Shown here: positions 8,569 to 17,202 of the stretch, piece after piece
How positions within the stretch are numbered: position 1 is the first letter of the stretch
Layout: every line of letters begins with the position of its first letter
Assembly: GCA_002722455.1 (NCBI GenBank)
Contig: PBMB01000017.1
Span: 140,897-204,896 of the forward strand
Length of the DNA stretch: 64,000 nt
Reading direction: 5' to 3'
Source: Chloroflexota bacterium
Lineage (GTDB): Bacteria > Chloroflexota > Dehalococcoidia > Lucifugimonadales > GCA-2722455
Translations under genes and position numbers: made by a program
Notes under the pieces: generated by a model
What the model was told of the DNA's origin: nothing
The model's database searches: none
What the model saw: the letters and a program-made list of their open reading frames with translations, nothing else

Positions 8569-11500
8569 TTAATCTATTGGTGAGAAGTTAGTGGACAATA
8601 TTTTCACCTCACCATTCTCATAAACCGGCACAGTAAGACTACTAATGGCCGCGTCCAAAAAGCTGTTTCCCTTTGAGTAATAATATATTTTTTCGACCTT
8701 ACCTAAAATAACATATTCGATGTCGTATTTCTTAATAATTTCTTTAACCAAAGATTGTTCTTTTGAAAGATATAGCAACTCGACATCTCGGGCTCTTTGT
8801 TGTATTTCTTTATGGCTAAAAATTCGTTGTTGTTGTTGGTGCCAATTCCAGCCAATAACCGTTGGAAACCCCGTATAAATAGATATCCGTGAACCCCAAC
8901 GATAAATTGGAGTCACAGCCTCGGCAACAACCGGTAGGCCTTTAAAGTTAACCAACATCCAGTCGATTGCATCTTTGTCGTGGCTTAATCGTATTTCCTC
9001 GCTTGGGTCGCGATATACCGCCGTATCCATATATTCTGCTCCATTTAGGGTTAAACGGTGTGTCGTATCAAACCGAACAGCAAGCCTTTTATGCGTCCCT
9101 AAAACAGGATAAACCAGGGCTCCAAGCAATAACAAACCCAACACGAAGAAAACCGTTCTTTTTTTCAAAGCTGAAAACCTCGTGCTTTCTAAACAATATC
9201 TCCATAAAAAACCCCCAGCCACAATGCCAAATAGCACCCATACCTGCATGTATGCTTTAAAAACGGTATTCATTCTATCGATATCGTTTTCCAACCTAAA
9301 AAACTCAACGCCAATAATTCCCAATAAAGCGGCGCCCAATACAAGAAAAATGAACGTTTTAACAGCAACCGCGTTACTGGCTGCCCCACGAATAGTCTGA
9401 AAAAGCAAAACAGACAACAGGCACAATAGCGGGAAAACAATAACAACCGTTTCTCCCGTCATAAGCGATACCCACCAAAGCAGCGTGCCAGCAAAAACGG
9501 TGAGGAAAATCAAGGCTGGGTATTTTTTAAACCCTGCGAAATTTGCCCATACTTTTGAAAGAACAGGAAAGGTGTTTTTGGTCAAAATCTCTGATAAAAC
9601 CCAAGCAGCCGTTATCACAAAAAACAACCCATAAATAGTTGCAAAATGCACCGCTGTGGTTGTGTTGGTCGTTTTAATAATGGGCAACAGGCCATTTGGG
9701 TCTAATGGAAAAGTATAGGTTAAATGAAAAGGAAGAAAAACCAAGTAGCCAAAACCAAACACACAAAATATAGAAGCGATACTGTGAAAAATAACATTCA
9801 GGCCAAAGCCTCCATTGCGAATATAGTTTGCAAAAAACAAAACCACTGCAGCCAAAAGTAAATAGACAGGATAGTCCCAGGTATTTAGTACTCTAAGCGC
9901 TCCTATTGAAACACCCAAAACACCACAACTCAAAAACACCGTTGTTTTATTAAGAACCCTAGAGAGCGCTAGTTTAAGGAACAAAGAAAACAAAATACAT
10001 AAAGACAACAGAGTAAAGGGTAACGCCATCATGTGCGGATGTAGGTCTCCAAATAAAAAGGTGAAAAAGGGGAACTCGGTAATCTCAAACCCTGGAGGGT
10101 CTGGAGTCATCACCCGGCTGCTCTTCCAAAAATCAAAAACGATCGCGCCTTCTTTCAATAATCCTTCACAACTCACAAAAAGACACCCTACAGAGTTTTG
10201 TACAACCTGTATTGCGCCATCCAGGTTGCCTATCACTACTACTAGAACCGCAACGATGCCTCCACAAAACACAGGCCACTTCAATAATGAGCTTCTTTCA
10301 ACTGAAAGTTTTAGCTTACTGGGGCCTAGCCATGTCCCTGCAATTGCGTGCCCAATCCCAAAGCTACCCACAAGTGTTAAGGCAAAAAACGATGGAACCG
10401 CCAAGTTGAAAAGAAGTACCGGTGCAATCTTCAATAAGTTGCCTAGTGTTCCAACTAAGAAATAACCCCAATAATAATAATTTAGATGTTCTCCTGCAAA
10501 CCATGGGTCATATGGTGGCATAAAAGGAGACCGCATGGTCGCAGAAAGATAGGCCATTTCCATTGGCTTTTCACCACCTAAGTAAGGATGCCACAAATCA
10601 GGGTTTGCCATCCTAATGAAAAGAAACGCAATAAATGCAAATAAAAACAAGCACTCCGAAATTAAAATTGTTGCTAGTTCTTTTTTAAACCATAGAACAA
10701 TACGGTTCCACTGAAACACGTATAGCACCAAAGATAGCGTTGCAAAGAGCGCCCCTGCAATATATATTGCATCTTTTGTAAAGTTTGCGAGTTTGGTGCT
10801 TGCCAAAAGCCACACTAACACACAAAATAATAACAAAGACAAATGTTTGCTAAAAAACACACCTCTTGCTGGCAAATTTTCAAAAAGCTTATAAACAAAT
10901 GGAACCCCTAGAATGCTCAAAACAACAAATATTAGAAGCCATCGAACAATAGCTATGACTTCATCGTTTTTCGTTAATTTAAGAGCAAAAAAAGACATTT
11001 CCGAGGCTTGAGGCGTATATTCTTTCAACACTGATTGTGGATGACTAGTATTAATCAATAAAGACGAAATCTCTTCTTGAGTTAAATTCAAATCCTTTTT
11101 AAAAAGCATTGCCCTCGGGTGGTCATACACAGAAAAACTTTCATCTGTTTTGCCTACGTTTATACTGGCACACCCTTGTTTAGACATGTATGAAGACGGG
11201 GCACTTAAACCGGCTGGCGAGAAGGTGTCTTCAAAAAAATTTACACAAAAAAGAGAAATCCTTTTTTCCTCCGCATGGACGAGGTTAAAACCAAGCCTGC
11301 CATCAAAAAGTGCCCTATAATACGCGCTGGTAATTGGATATCTCTCGCTTAAACGAGGAATTGTACCATACAGCCGGTTGCTATAAAAAACAATGTAGTC
11401 TGCTCGTGCAAGAGAAGAAGACAAAAACGTTGTTTTTTGAGGCAAGTCTTCTTCATAGATTGGCAGCTCTTCAACCGTATAATTGACTAAATATGGAATA

Positions 11501-12963
11501 GGTTCTTCCCAGTGCTCGCTTAATATAATTGAACGCTCAGGCACATTAGACCTAATCCATTTGGACATTGTCACTCCCGGGTGTTCTTCTTCTCCATAAA
11601 TTGAGCTAAAAGCAATTGCGTACACCCCTGTACATAAAAGAACCCCACCGCCAACCAAATAGATTAAGGATCTTTTGATGCTTCTTTTGTCCTGGTGTCC
11701 TGACAGTGTTTTCAGCATAAAAACCCCCAGGCCAATAAGGGGCGGCACAATGGGCGCCATGTACCTAATAAACTTGACGTCCAAAGACCCCACAAATAAA
11801 AAATAACTCAATGTCCAGGAAAAAAACAACACAATGGCCACAGGAACTCTATGCTTTTTTGTGCTATATAAAAACAACAAAGACAATAAAACATGTAAAG
11901 AAATAGCCAGTATTTTTACAAAAATTCCACCCCAAAAAAGCAACAAAATTGCAGGCAATACAAAAGACAACAACCATAAAAACACGCCCCTAATTATGTG
12001 CCCCCTGGTTAGTCTTTGGAGCACAAAAAACAACCCCGTTAATGACAGTAAACCCAACGGCAGCCCCAACCCAAAAACCGTCAAGTGCCAAATGTTATAA
12101 ATATAGGGGGTGGTCTTGATATACTGCCTTGTATATGGAAAATCAATCTCCCTAACTACCATTTTGCCCTGAATTAGGACGTCTTCAATAAAGCCGGTCC
12201 AATCAATCAAAATAAAAGGCTGACAAACAATAGCTATGATGCCAGCTGTTAATAAAATTAGAAGCCCTCGCAAAAAAGACGTTGAAAGCAGTCTAAAAAA
12301 AGATGCTTTAATCTCCGCATTATCACTCTCTTTTAATGCAATCATAAAGAGAGTGACACAAACGGCAGGAATAATTAAAAGCGCCGTTAGTTTGGTTGCT
12401 ACACCAAGCCCAACCCAAACCCCTACAAGTATCGCTTTTTTTAACGAAACTTTCTTTGTGAATTTGTTTAGGCTATAAAGCGCCCCCATTATAAAAAAAC
12501 AAAGTAAGGCGTCTACTGTAAGAAAATGTCCGATCTGAACGTGAAGAACCGAAAATAACAATAAGGCAACCGCAAAAAGAGCCCAGCGCCTTCCCAAAAA
12601 ACCAACGGACATTAGATAGAAATATACAGCAACGCCTAAGCCCGCAAAGGCAGAAAGTACCCTCCCAAACAAACGCCCATCACTCTCCAGATTAACTGGC
12701 GTTAGTTTTTCTAACAACTCTATGGCAAAAAAGTTGAGGTAAATTGGAAGAGAGCCATACGAAAACCATTGCGGGTTAAGATTTTTGGTGGAAGAATCAA
12801 TGTTAATTCTTTCAACAGCATATAGTATTGCTCTTTCATCAGGATGAGGAGAATACGGATACCCGTAATCCCATCCAAGCCCAAAAAGCCTGAGCCCCGT
12901 AGCTGAAACAACTATTACAAATAAAACTGCTAAACAGAAACGCTGAATCAACACAGTGTTCAT
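8569..12963 (-). CDS. Giant polytopic membrane protein: N-terminal GT-C/PMT-like region fused to a DUF2298 / chlor_Arch_YYY domain
   Basis: 1464 aa with dozens of hydrophobic segments. N-terminal HPDER loop motif as in GT-C glycosyltransferases. From about aa 740: NPDLWHPYLGGEKPMEMAYLSATMRSPFMPPYDPWFAGEHLNYYYWGYF, the YYY signature (codons at 10471..10479). Confidence 0.65.
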   Translation of the reverse strand: MNTVLIQRFCLAVLFVIVVSATGLRLFGLGWDYGYPYSPHPDERAILYAVERINIDSSTKNLNPQWFSYGSLPIYLNFFAIELLEKLTPVNLESDGRLFGRVLSAFAGLGVAVYFYLMSVGFLGRRWALFAVALLLFSVLHVQIGHFLTVDALLCFFIMGALYSLNKFTKKVSLKKAILVGVWVGLGVATKLTALLIIPAVCVTLFMIALKESDNAEIKASFFRLLSTSFLRGLLILLTAGIIAIVCQPFILIDWTGFIEDVLIQGKMVVREIDFPYTRQYIKTTPYIYNIWHLTVFGLGLPLGLLSLTGLFFVLQRLTRGHIIRGVFLWLLSFVLPAILLLFWGGIFVKILAISLHVLLSLLFLYSTKKHRVPVAIVLFFSWTLSYFLFVGSLDVKFIRYMAPIVPPLIGLGVFMLKTLSGHQDKRSIKRSLIYLVGGGVLLCTGVYAIAFSSIYGEEEHPGVTMSKWIRSNVPERSIILSEHWEEPIPYLVNYTVEELPIYEEDLPQKTTFLSSSLARADYIVFYSNRLYGTIPRLSERYPITSAYYRALFDGRLGFNLVHAEEKRISLFCVNFFEDTFSPAGLSAPSSYMSKQGCASINVGKTDESFSVYDHPRAMLFKKDLNLTQEEISSLLINTSHPQSVLKEYTPQASEMSFFALKLTKNDEVIAIVRWLLIFVVLSILGVPFVYKLFENLPARGVFFSKHLSLLLFCVLVWLLASTKLANFTKDAIYIAGALFATLSLVLYVFQWNRIVLWFKKELATILISECLFLFAFIAFLFIRMANPDLWHPYLGGEKPMEMAYLSATMRSPFMPPYDPWFAGEHLNYYYWGYFLVGTLGNLLKIAPVLLFNLAVPSFFALTLVGSFGIGHAIAGTWLGPSKLKLSVERSSLLKWPVFCGGIVAVLVVVIGNLDGAIQVVQNSVGCLFVSCEGLLKEGAIVFDFWKSSRVMTPDPPGFEITEFPFFTFLFGDLHPHMMALPFTLLSLCILFSLFLKLALSRVLNKTTVFLSCGVLGVSIGALRVLNTWDYPVYLLLAAVVLFFANYIRNGGFGLNVIFHSIASIFCVFGFGYLVFLPFHLTYTFPLDPNGLLPIIKTTNTTTAVHFATIYGLFFVITAAWVLSEILTKNTFPVLSKVWANFAGFKKYPALIFLTVFAGTLLWWVSLMTGETVVIVFPLLCLLSVLLFQTIRGAASNAVAVKTFIFLVLGAALLGIIGVEFFRLENDIDRMNTVFKAYMQVWVLFGIVAGGFLWRYCLESTRFSALKKRTVFFVLGLLLLGALVYPVLGTHKRLAVRFDTTHRLTLNGAEYMDTAVYRDPSEEIRLSHDKDAIDWMLVNFKGLPVVAEAVTPIYRWGSRISIYTGFPTVIGWNWHQQQQRIFSHKEIQQRARDVELLYLSKEQSLVKEIIKKYDIEYVILGKVEKIYYYSKGNSFLDAAISSLTVPVYENGEVKILSTNFSPID

Positions 12964-12972
12964 AAATTGTCG

Positions 12973-13560
12973 CTATCTAGTACCTAGGGTAACCGGAGAA
13001 GGCTTCATTTTATTTGCCGCTGAATCAATTTCCAATAAGGAAACCAAAGAAACTCCCCGCTTCTCCAGGGCTGACACTCCTCCTTCTTTTCTGTCCAAAA
13101 CACAGACACAAGACACAACAACACATCCCGACGCTTGTAAGGCGTCAATTGTCGATAAAAGGCTTGCCCCGGTAGTGCAAGTGTCATCTACCACAACCAC
13201 TCTCATCCCAGGGGCAACGTCTCCTTCTAAAGACTGTTTTGTACCGTGGGTTTTTGGCTGGGACCGCATAATAATTCCACCAACATTCTGATTGGAAAGG
13301 GTGCTAAGAACCACCACGGCAGAAATAATAGGCACGGCAGCAACCGCAGGGCCAGCAACTGCATCAATTTGGACGTCCGTGAATAATTCAAGAATAATAG
13401 AACCAATAAGCCAAGATCCTTTTGGGTTTAATGTCAAAATTCTTCCGTCAAAATAATAGGAGCTAGAAACACCAGACGCAAGTATAAACTCTCCCGTTTT
13501 TAAACAGCTCAATTGGTTCGCTGTATCACTAAGCTCTTGTAACTTTTCTTTTAATCCCAT
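12973..13560 (-). CDS. pyrE: Orotate phosphoribosyltransferase
   Basis: 195 aa. PRPP-binding motif VVVVDDTCTTGASL. N-terminal region resembles OPRTase (FILASGVSSSYYFD). Confidence 0.85.
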   Translation of the reverse strand: MGLKEKLQELSDTANQLSCLKTGEFILASGVSSSYYFDGRILTLNPKGSWLIGSIILELFTDVQIDAVAGPAVAAVPIISAVVVLSTLSNQNVGGIIMRSQPKTHGTKQSLEGDVAPGMRVVVVDDTCTTGASLLSTIDALQASGCVVVSCVCVLDRKEGGVSALEKRGVSLVSLLEIDSAANKMKPSPVTLGTR

Positions 13561-13591
13561 ATTCCCCCCTTTTCGATAAGTTACCTTCTTT

Positions 13592-14218
13592 TTAATTTTT
13601 ATACAACTTTTGTATGTGAATATATTCCTCTACCGCAGGTGTCAAGAAAAAAGAAACGGGCTCGCTTTGCTGAACGGCCTTTCTGATAGAGCTCCCGCTA
13701 ATATAGATCGGCCGTACAGAAACCTCTATAACGTTGGCGTTCGGGACATCTATATTGGGGCCATTAATGCTAGACAGACCAGGTGGTTTGGTGTCCTTGG
13801 TCTGTCTAGAAAAACAAACAAGCGTGATTCTTGAGAATAGTTTTTGTGCGTCTTTCCAGCACAACAAGGTTTTAAGATGGTCTTCTCCAATAAACAAAAA
13901 CAATTCAGCCTTTCCAAATTGTTTTTGTTTGCGAATATGGTCCACTAAATCAATTGAGTAAGACTCCCCTGTTGAGGTTACAGGTTCATCGTATAATCTA
14001 AAAACGGAAAAACCTTGAAGGGCTAAAGATAACATTTTTTTTCGATTGCCAAGTGGTGATATTTTTTGGTTTTTTTTCATCCACGGGTTTCTTGCAGGAA
14101 CAAACAGCACCTCAGACAAAGACAAGGCGCGAAGTCCTAAGGAAGCAATTTTTAAATGCCCATAATGTACAGGGTCAAACGTCCCTCCAAAAATCCCAAC
14201 CCTCATTTCGTGCCCCAA
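13592..14218 (-). CDS. nadD: Nicotinate-nucleotide adenylyltransferase
   Basis: GIFGGTFDPVHYGH nucleotidyltransferase motif and C-terminal ISGSSIR. The start is more likely the ATG at 14206, which forms an ATGA overlap with the obg stop, than the ORF maximum at 14218. Confidence 0.85.
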   Translation of the reverse strand: MGHEMRVGIFGGTFDPVHYGHLKIASLGLRALSLSEVLFVPARNPWMKKNQKISPLGNRKKMLSLALQGFSVFRLYDEPVTSTGESYSIDLVDHIRKQKQFGKAELFLFIGEDHLKTLLCWKDAQKLFSRITLVCFSRQTKDTKPPGLSSINGPNIDVPNANVIEVSVRPIYISGSSIRKAVQQSEPVSFFLTPAVEEYIHIQKLYKN

Positions 14219-15450
14219 ATAAAAACCTTAGAGCCTATCGATACTTTGTCCCCCGCTATTATTCCTGCCGCCTTGAGCTCTGCATAAACACCCTCGTCTT
14301 CTAGTATCTGCCATACACTAGATATTGTTTTTTTGTCTGCAACCGAGGACATCAGTTTCTGCCCGCATCTAACCGTATAGTTGCCTTCGGCGTCGCGAAA
14401 AATAGAGGGCTTTCTTTCTTGTGTTTTTTCTTCAGGCTTTATTTCTGGAAGGATGTTTTTGTTGTTTTCTTCTTTACTTTCCAATAGGCATTTTTTAATT
14501 AAAGCAACCAATTCAGGCAGCCCTTCTTGTGTTTTCGACGAAAAAAAACACAGATTTTCTGCAAATAAAGGGTGCGTGTTTTTTTGAAGAAAATCTAGTT
14601 TACTCACAGCCAAAACCTGTGGTTTTTTCAAAATCACAGGGTTGTATTGTCTAATTTCCGACTGAATATCCTTAATGTCTCTTTTAGGCGTTGTTGATGT
14701 TCCGTCAATAATGTGCACTAAGCAACGCGCCCGCGAAATATGTCGGAGGAATTCCACTCCCATACCTACACCCTGACTTGCCCCCTTTAACAAACCAGGA
14801 ATATCAAGGAATACTATTGTGTCTTTTAATTCTTCATAAATCCCGATTTCTGGATGTTTGGTTGTGAACGGGTATTCTGCTATTTCTGGGTTGGCCTTCG
14901 TTAAAGCAGCCAACAGGGATGATTTTCCTGCATTGGGAAAGCCAATAATTGCAACGTCGGCAATAATGTTTAACTCTAGTAAAATGTTTTTTTTCTCACC
15001 CTTACTTCCTACTTGAGCATATTCTGGAAATTGTTTTCGTGAGTTGGCGAGTTTACTATTTCCTCGACCACCCCTCCCCCCTTTAGCCACACATATCTTA
15101 AAACTGTTTGTTGTTGATAAGTCTATTATTTTTTGTTTTTCTCCTGGGTTGGTTACATCCCATATAATTGTCCCAGGAGGAACAGGAACAATTATATCCT
15201 GACCTTTTTTGCCTGTTTTATTCTGGCCTTTTCCGTTCTCTCCGTTTCTTGCTTTAAAGGATCTATTTCTTATCAAATGCTTGAATGTGAAAATATTTTG
15301 GTCAACGACAATATATACTGATCCACCATTCCCTCCTTCTCCACCATCAGGTCCTCCTTTAGAAATATAACGTACTCTGCGCTCGCTGATGGCCCCGTTT
15401 CCACCACGACCACTTTCTATAGCAAGTTCAACTAAATCTAAACCAAACAT
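14203..15450 (-). CDS. obg: GTPase Obg/CgtA
   Basis: 415 aa. Glycine-rich Obg fold (GGRGGNG, GGPDGGEGGNGG). G1 GFPNAGKSSLL, G3 DIPGL, G4 SKLD. C-terminal OCT-like domain. Confidence 0.93.
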   Translation of the reverse strand: MFGLDLVELAIESGRGGNGAISERRVRYISKGGPDGGEGGNGGSVYIVVDQNIFTFKHLIRNRSFKARNGENGKGQNKTGKKGQDIIVPVPPGTIIWDVTNPGEKQKIIDLSTTNSFKICVAKGGRGGRGNSKLANSRKQFPEYAQVGSKGEKKNILLELNIIADVAIIGFPNAGKSSLLAALTKANPEIAEYPFTTKHPEIGIYEELKDTIVFLDIPGLLKGASQGVGMGVEFLRHISRARCLVHIIDGTSTTPKRDIKDIQSEIRQYNPVILKKPQVLAVSKLDFLQKNTHPLFAENLCFFSSKTQEGLPELVALIKKCLLESKEENNKNILPEIKPEEKTQERKPSIFRDAEGNYTVRCGQKLMSSVADKKTISSVWQILEDEGVYAELKAAGIIAGDKVSIGSKVFIWGTK

Positions 15451-15632
15451 TATAATATATAAATAGATCTAATATATGTAATTTAAATAATACTAATAAT
15501 AACTCTTTTTTGTTGGTTTTGTTGGTTTTATATTATAAAGAATAGGAATTTGTTGGAAAAACTTAAATAAAAAAAGAAGCTTGATGTGTTTTGTTGCTCG
15601 TTTTTTTAAGTTTTGTTGGTTTTGTTGGTTTA
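15451..15632. other. Candidate replication origin (oriC-like): AT-rich block plus arrayed direct 9-mers TGTTGGTTT
   Basis: 15451..15505 has 6 G/C in 55 nt (89% A+T). Perfect tandem pairs of TGTTGGTTT lie at 15511..15528 and 15614..15631. Degenerate copies lie at 15551..15559 and 15592..15600. All are in the same orientation, directly downstream of dnaA. Confidence 0.4.
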
Positions 15633-16913
15633 CAACAAAAGATTATCAGATATAGGTTTTGAATTAAACTTATTGATAGCTGAAGCAACAGACGCATGGT
15701 CTCTCCCTCCAAGAAGCAAGCCTATTTCACGAAGGGTAAGTGATGTTTTTTTACGGAGAAGATACATAGCAGCATGTCTTGCTTCAGATGTTTGTCGGTC
15801 ACGCGACGATCCTTGCAATTTTGAAAGAGACACCCCAAAAGACTCTGCCGTTTTTGTTAATATTTCTTCAGGGTTTAATGTTTGAATGTTAGTGTTTTTA
15901 GGGGCTCCCACAATTTCGCCAAGAAGGTGTTTAACCACAGGTAATGAAATAGGGGTATTCTGGTTTTTTTGAAAAACTAGCAATGTGTTTAAAAAACCAA
16001 GTAACGCTCTTATGTTCCCGTGGAAGCTATCCTTTATATATCGCTCTATTGTGTGAGAAAGATTTAAATTCAACTCTTGACATGTTTTTTGAAATATTGT
16101 GTTGATAGTTTCTTTCTCTGGGGGCGATATGTTGACTGCCAGGCCACCAGAAAGAACAGAGGTAAGCCTGGTATCGAGCGCGGCAAAGTGTGAGGGAGGT
16201 CTGTCTCCCGCCAAAACAACAGAACGTTTTTTTTGTGAACGAGAAGAAATTGTGCTTAAAAAAACTTCTAGTGTCTTTTTCTTTCCCAGGAAAAACTGTA
16301 TGTCGTCAATTAATAAAACATCAGGGCTTCGGTATTTTTGACGAAAAGCCATGGGTGACCCTGCTCCTCTTTGGACAGACGTTACAAAATCATGTGTAAA
16401 TTCTTCTGCAGAAACATATACTGGAGTTTTTCGCTTTTCTTCAACACCCTCACAAATGGCCTGCATTAGATGTGTTTTTCCCAGACCTGGGCCAGAATAA
16501 AGATATAGGTTTGGCTGGTCGGACGGCTCGTTTGCGATAATTTTTGTTGTTGTATAAGCAACTTTGTTAGAGGGGCCAACAACAAAACTATCGAAAGACG
16601 GAGAAGTTGTTTTATATTTTTGAAAAGGACGCCTCTCTGCTTCTATTTTTTTGACTACAAAAGTAATATTTAACTCTTTGCCTGACGCCCTTAATAGCCC
16701 TGATTCGATTATTGTAAACAGTCGCCGTTCAAGCGCCTCAACAACAAAAGGACTCGCAGCTTCAACTGTTATTTTTTCATTATCTAATGAGACGCCCCTG
16801 GTTCCTTTCAGCCATGTTTCAAAAATAGGCCGAGTAACCTGAAGTTGGAGGTCTGCCAAAACTGCGGACCACAAAGAATAGGCGCCATTGGGTGTTCTGT
16901 TGTTTGTAGTCAA
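15630..16913 (-). CDS. dnaA: Chromosomal replication initiator protein DnaA
   Basis: 427 aa. Walker A GPGLGKTHL, Walker B LLIDDIQF. C-terminal domain IV signature (RDRQTSEARHAAMYLLRKKTSLTLREIGLLLGGRDHASV). TTG start at 16913 preceded by GAGAGG. Confidence 0.95.
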   Translation of the reverse strand: MTTNNRTPNGAYSLWSAVLADLQLQVTRPIFETWLKGTRGVSLDNEKITVEAASPFVVEALERRLFTIIESGLLRASGKELNITFVVKKIEAERRPFQKYKTTSPSFDSFVVGPSNKVAYTTTKIIANEPSDQPNLYLYSGPGLGKTHLMQAICEGVEEKRKTPVYVSAEEFTHDFVTSVQRGAGSPMAFRQKYRSPDVLLIDDIQFFLGKKKTLEVFLSTISSRSQKKRSVVLAGDRPPSHFAALDTRLTSVLSGGLAVNISPPEKETINTIFQKTCQELNLNLSHTIERYIKDSFHGNIRALLGFLNTLLVFQKNQNTPISLPVVKHLLGEIVGAPKNTNIQTLNPEEILTKTAESFGVSLSKLQGSSRDRQTSEARHAAMYLLRKKTSLTLREIGLLLGGRDHASVASAINKFNSKPISDNLLL

Positions 16914-17202
16914 TAAAACCTCTCGACCGCAATACGATGCGGTAAAACAATAATTTAAACCAGCACGAAAAATTTTATCACGACCGTATGGTTGTTGTTC
17001 AAGGGGTAGACTTTTTTTTTGAAACTAATTTTTTAAAAACCCCAAAACCGGTCTTTGGAAAAATTTCTTTTCTGGCGCATTGTCGTGAGAGTTAGAGGTC
17101 TAAACAGGGTGTTACTGGCGTTAACTTTTTTGGGGTGCGCCCTGTCCATCGAAAACCTAAATGTATGTCCTTTTTTACATGAAAAAAAGGGCCTTCTTTT
17201 TT

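Noticed and set aside
17169-17193. Hairpin CCTTTTTT-ACATGA-AAAAAAGG just downstream of carB, as a possible intrinsic terminator.
   Set aside because: The stem is almost entirely A/U pairs and is not followed by a U tract on the minus (transcribed) strand. That is too weak to call a terminator.
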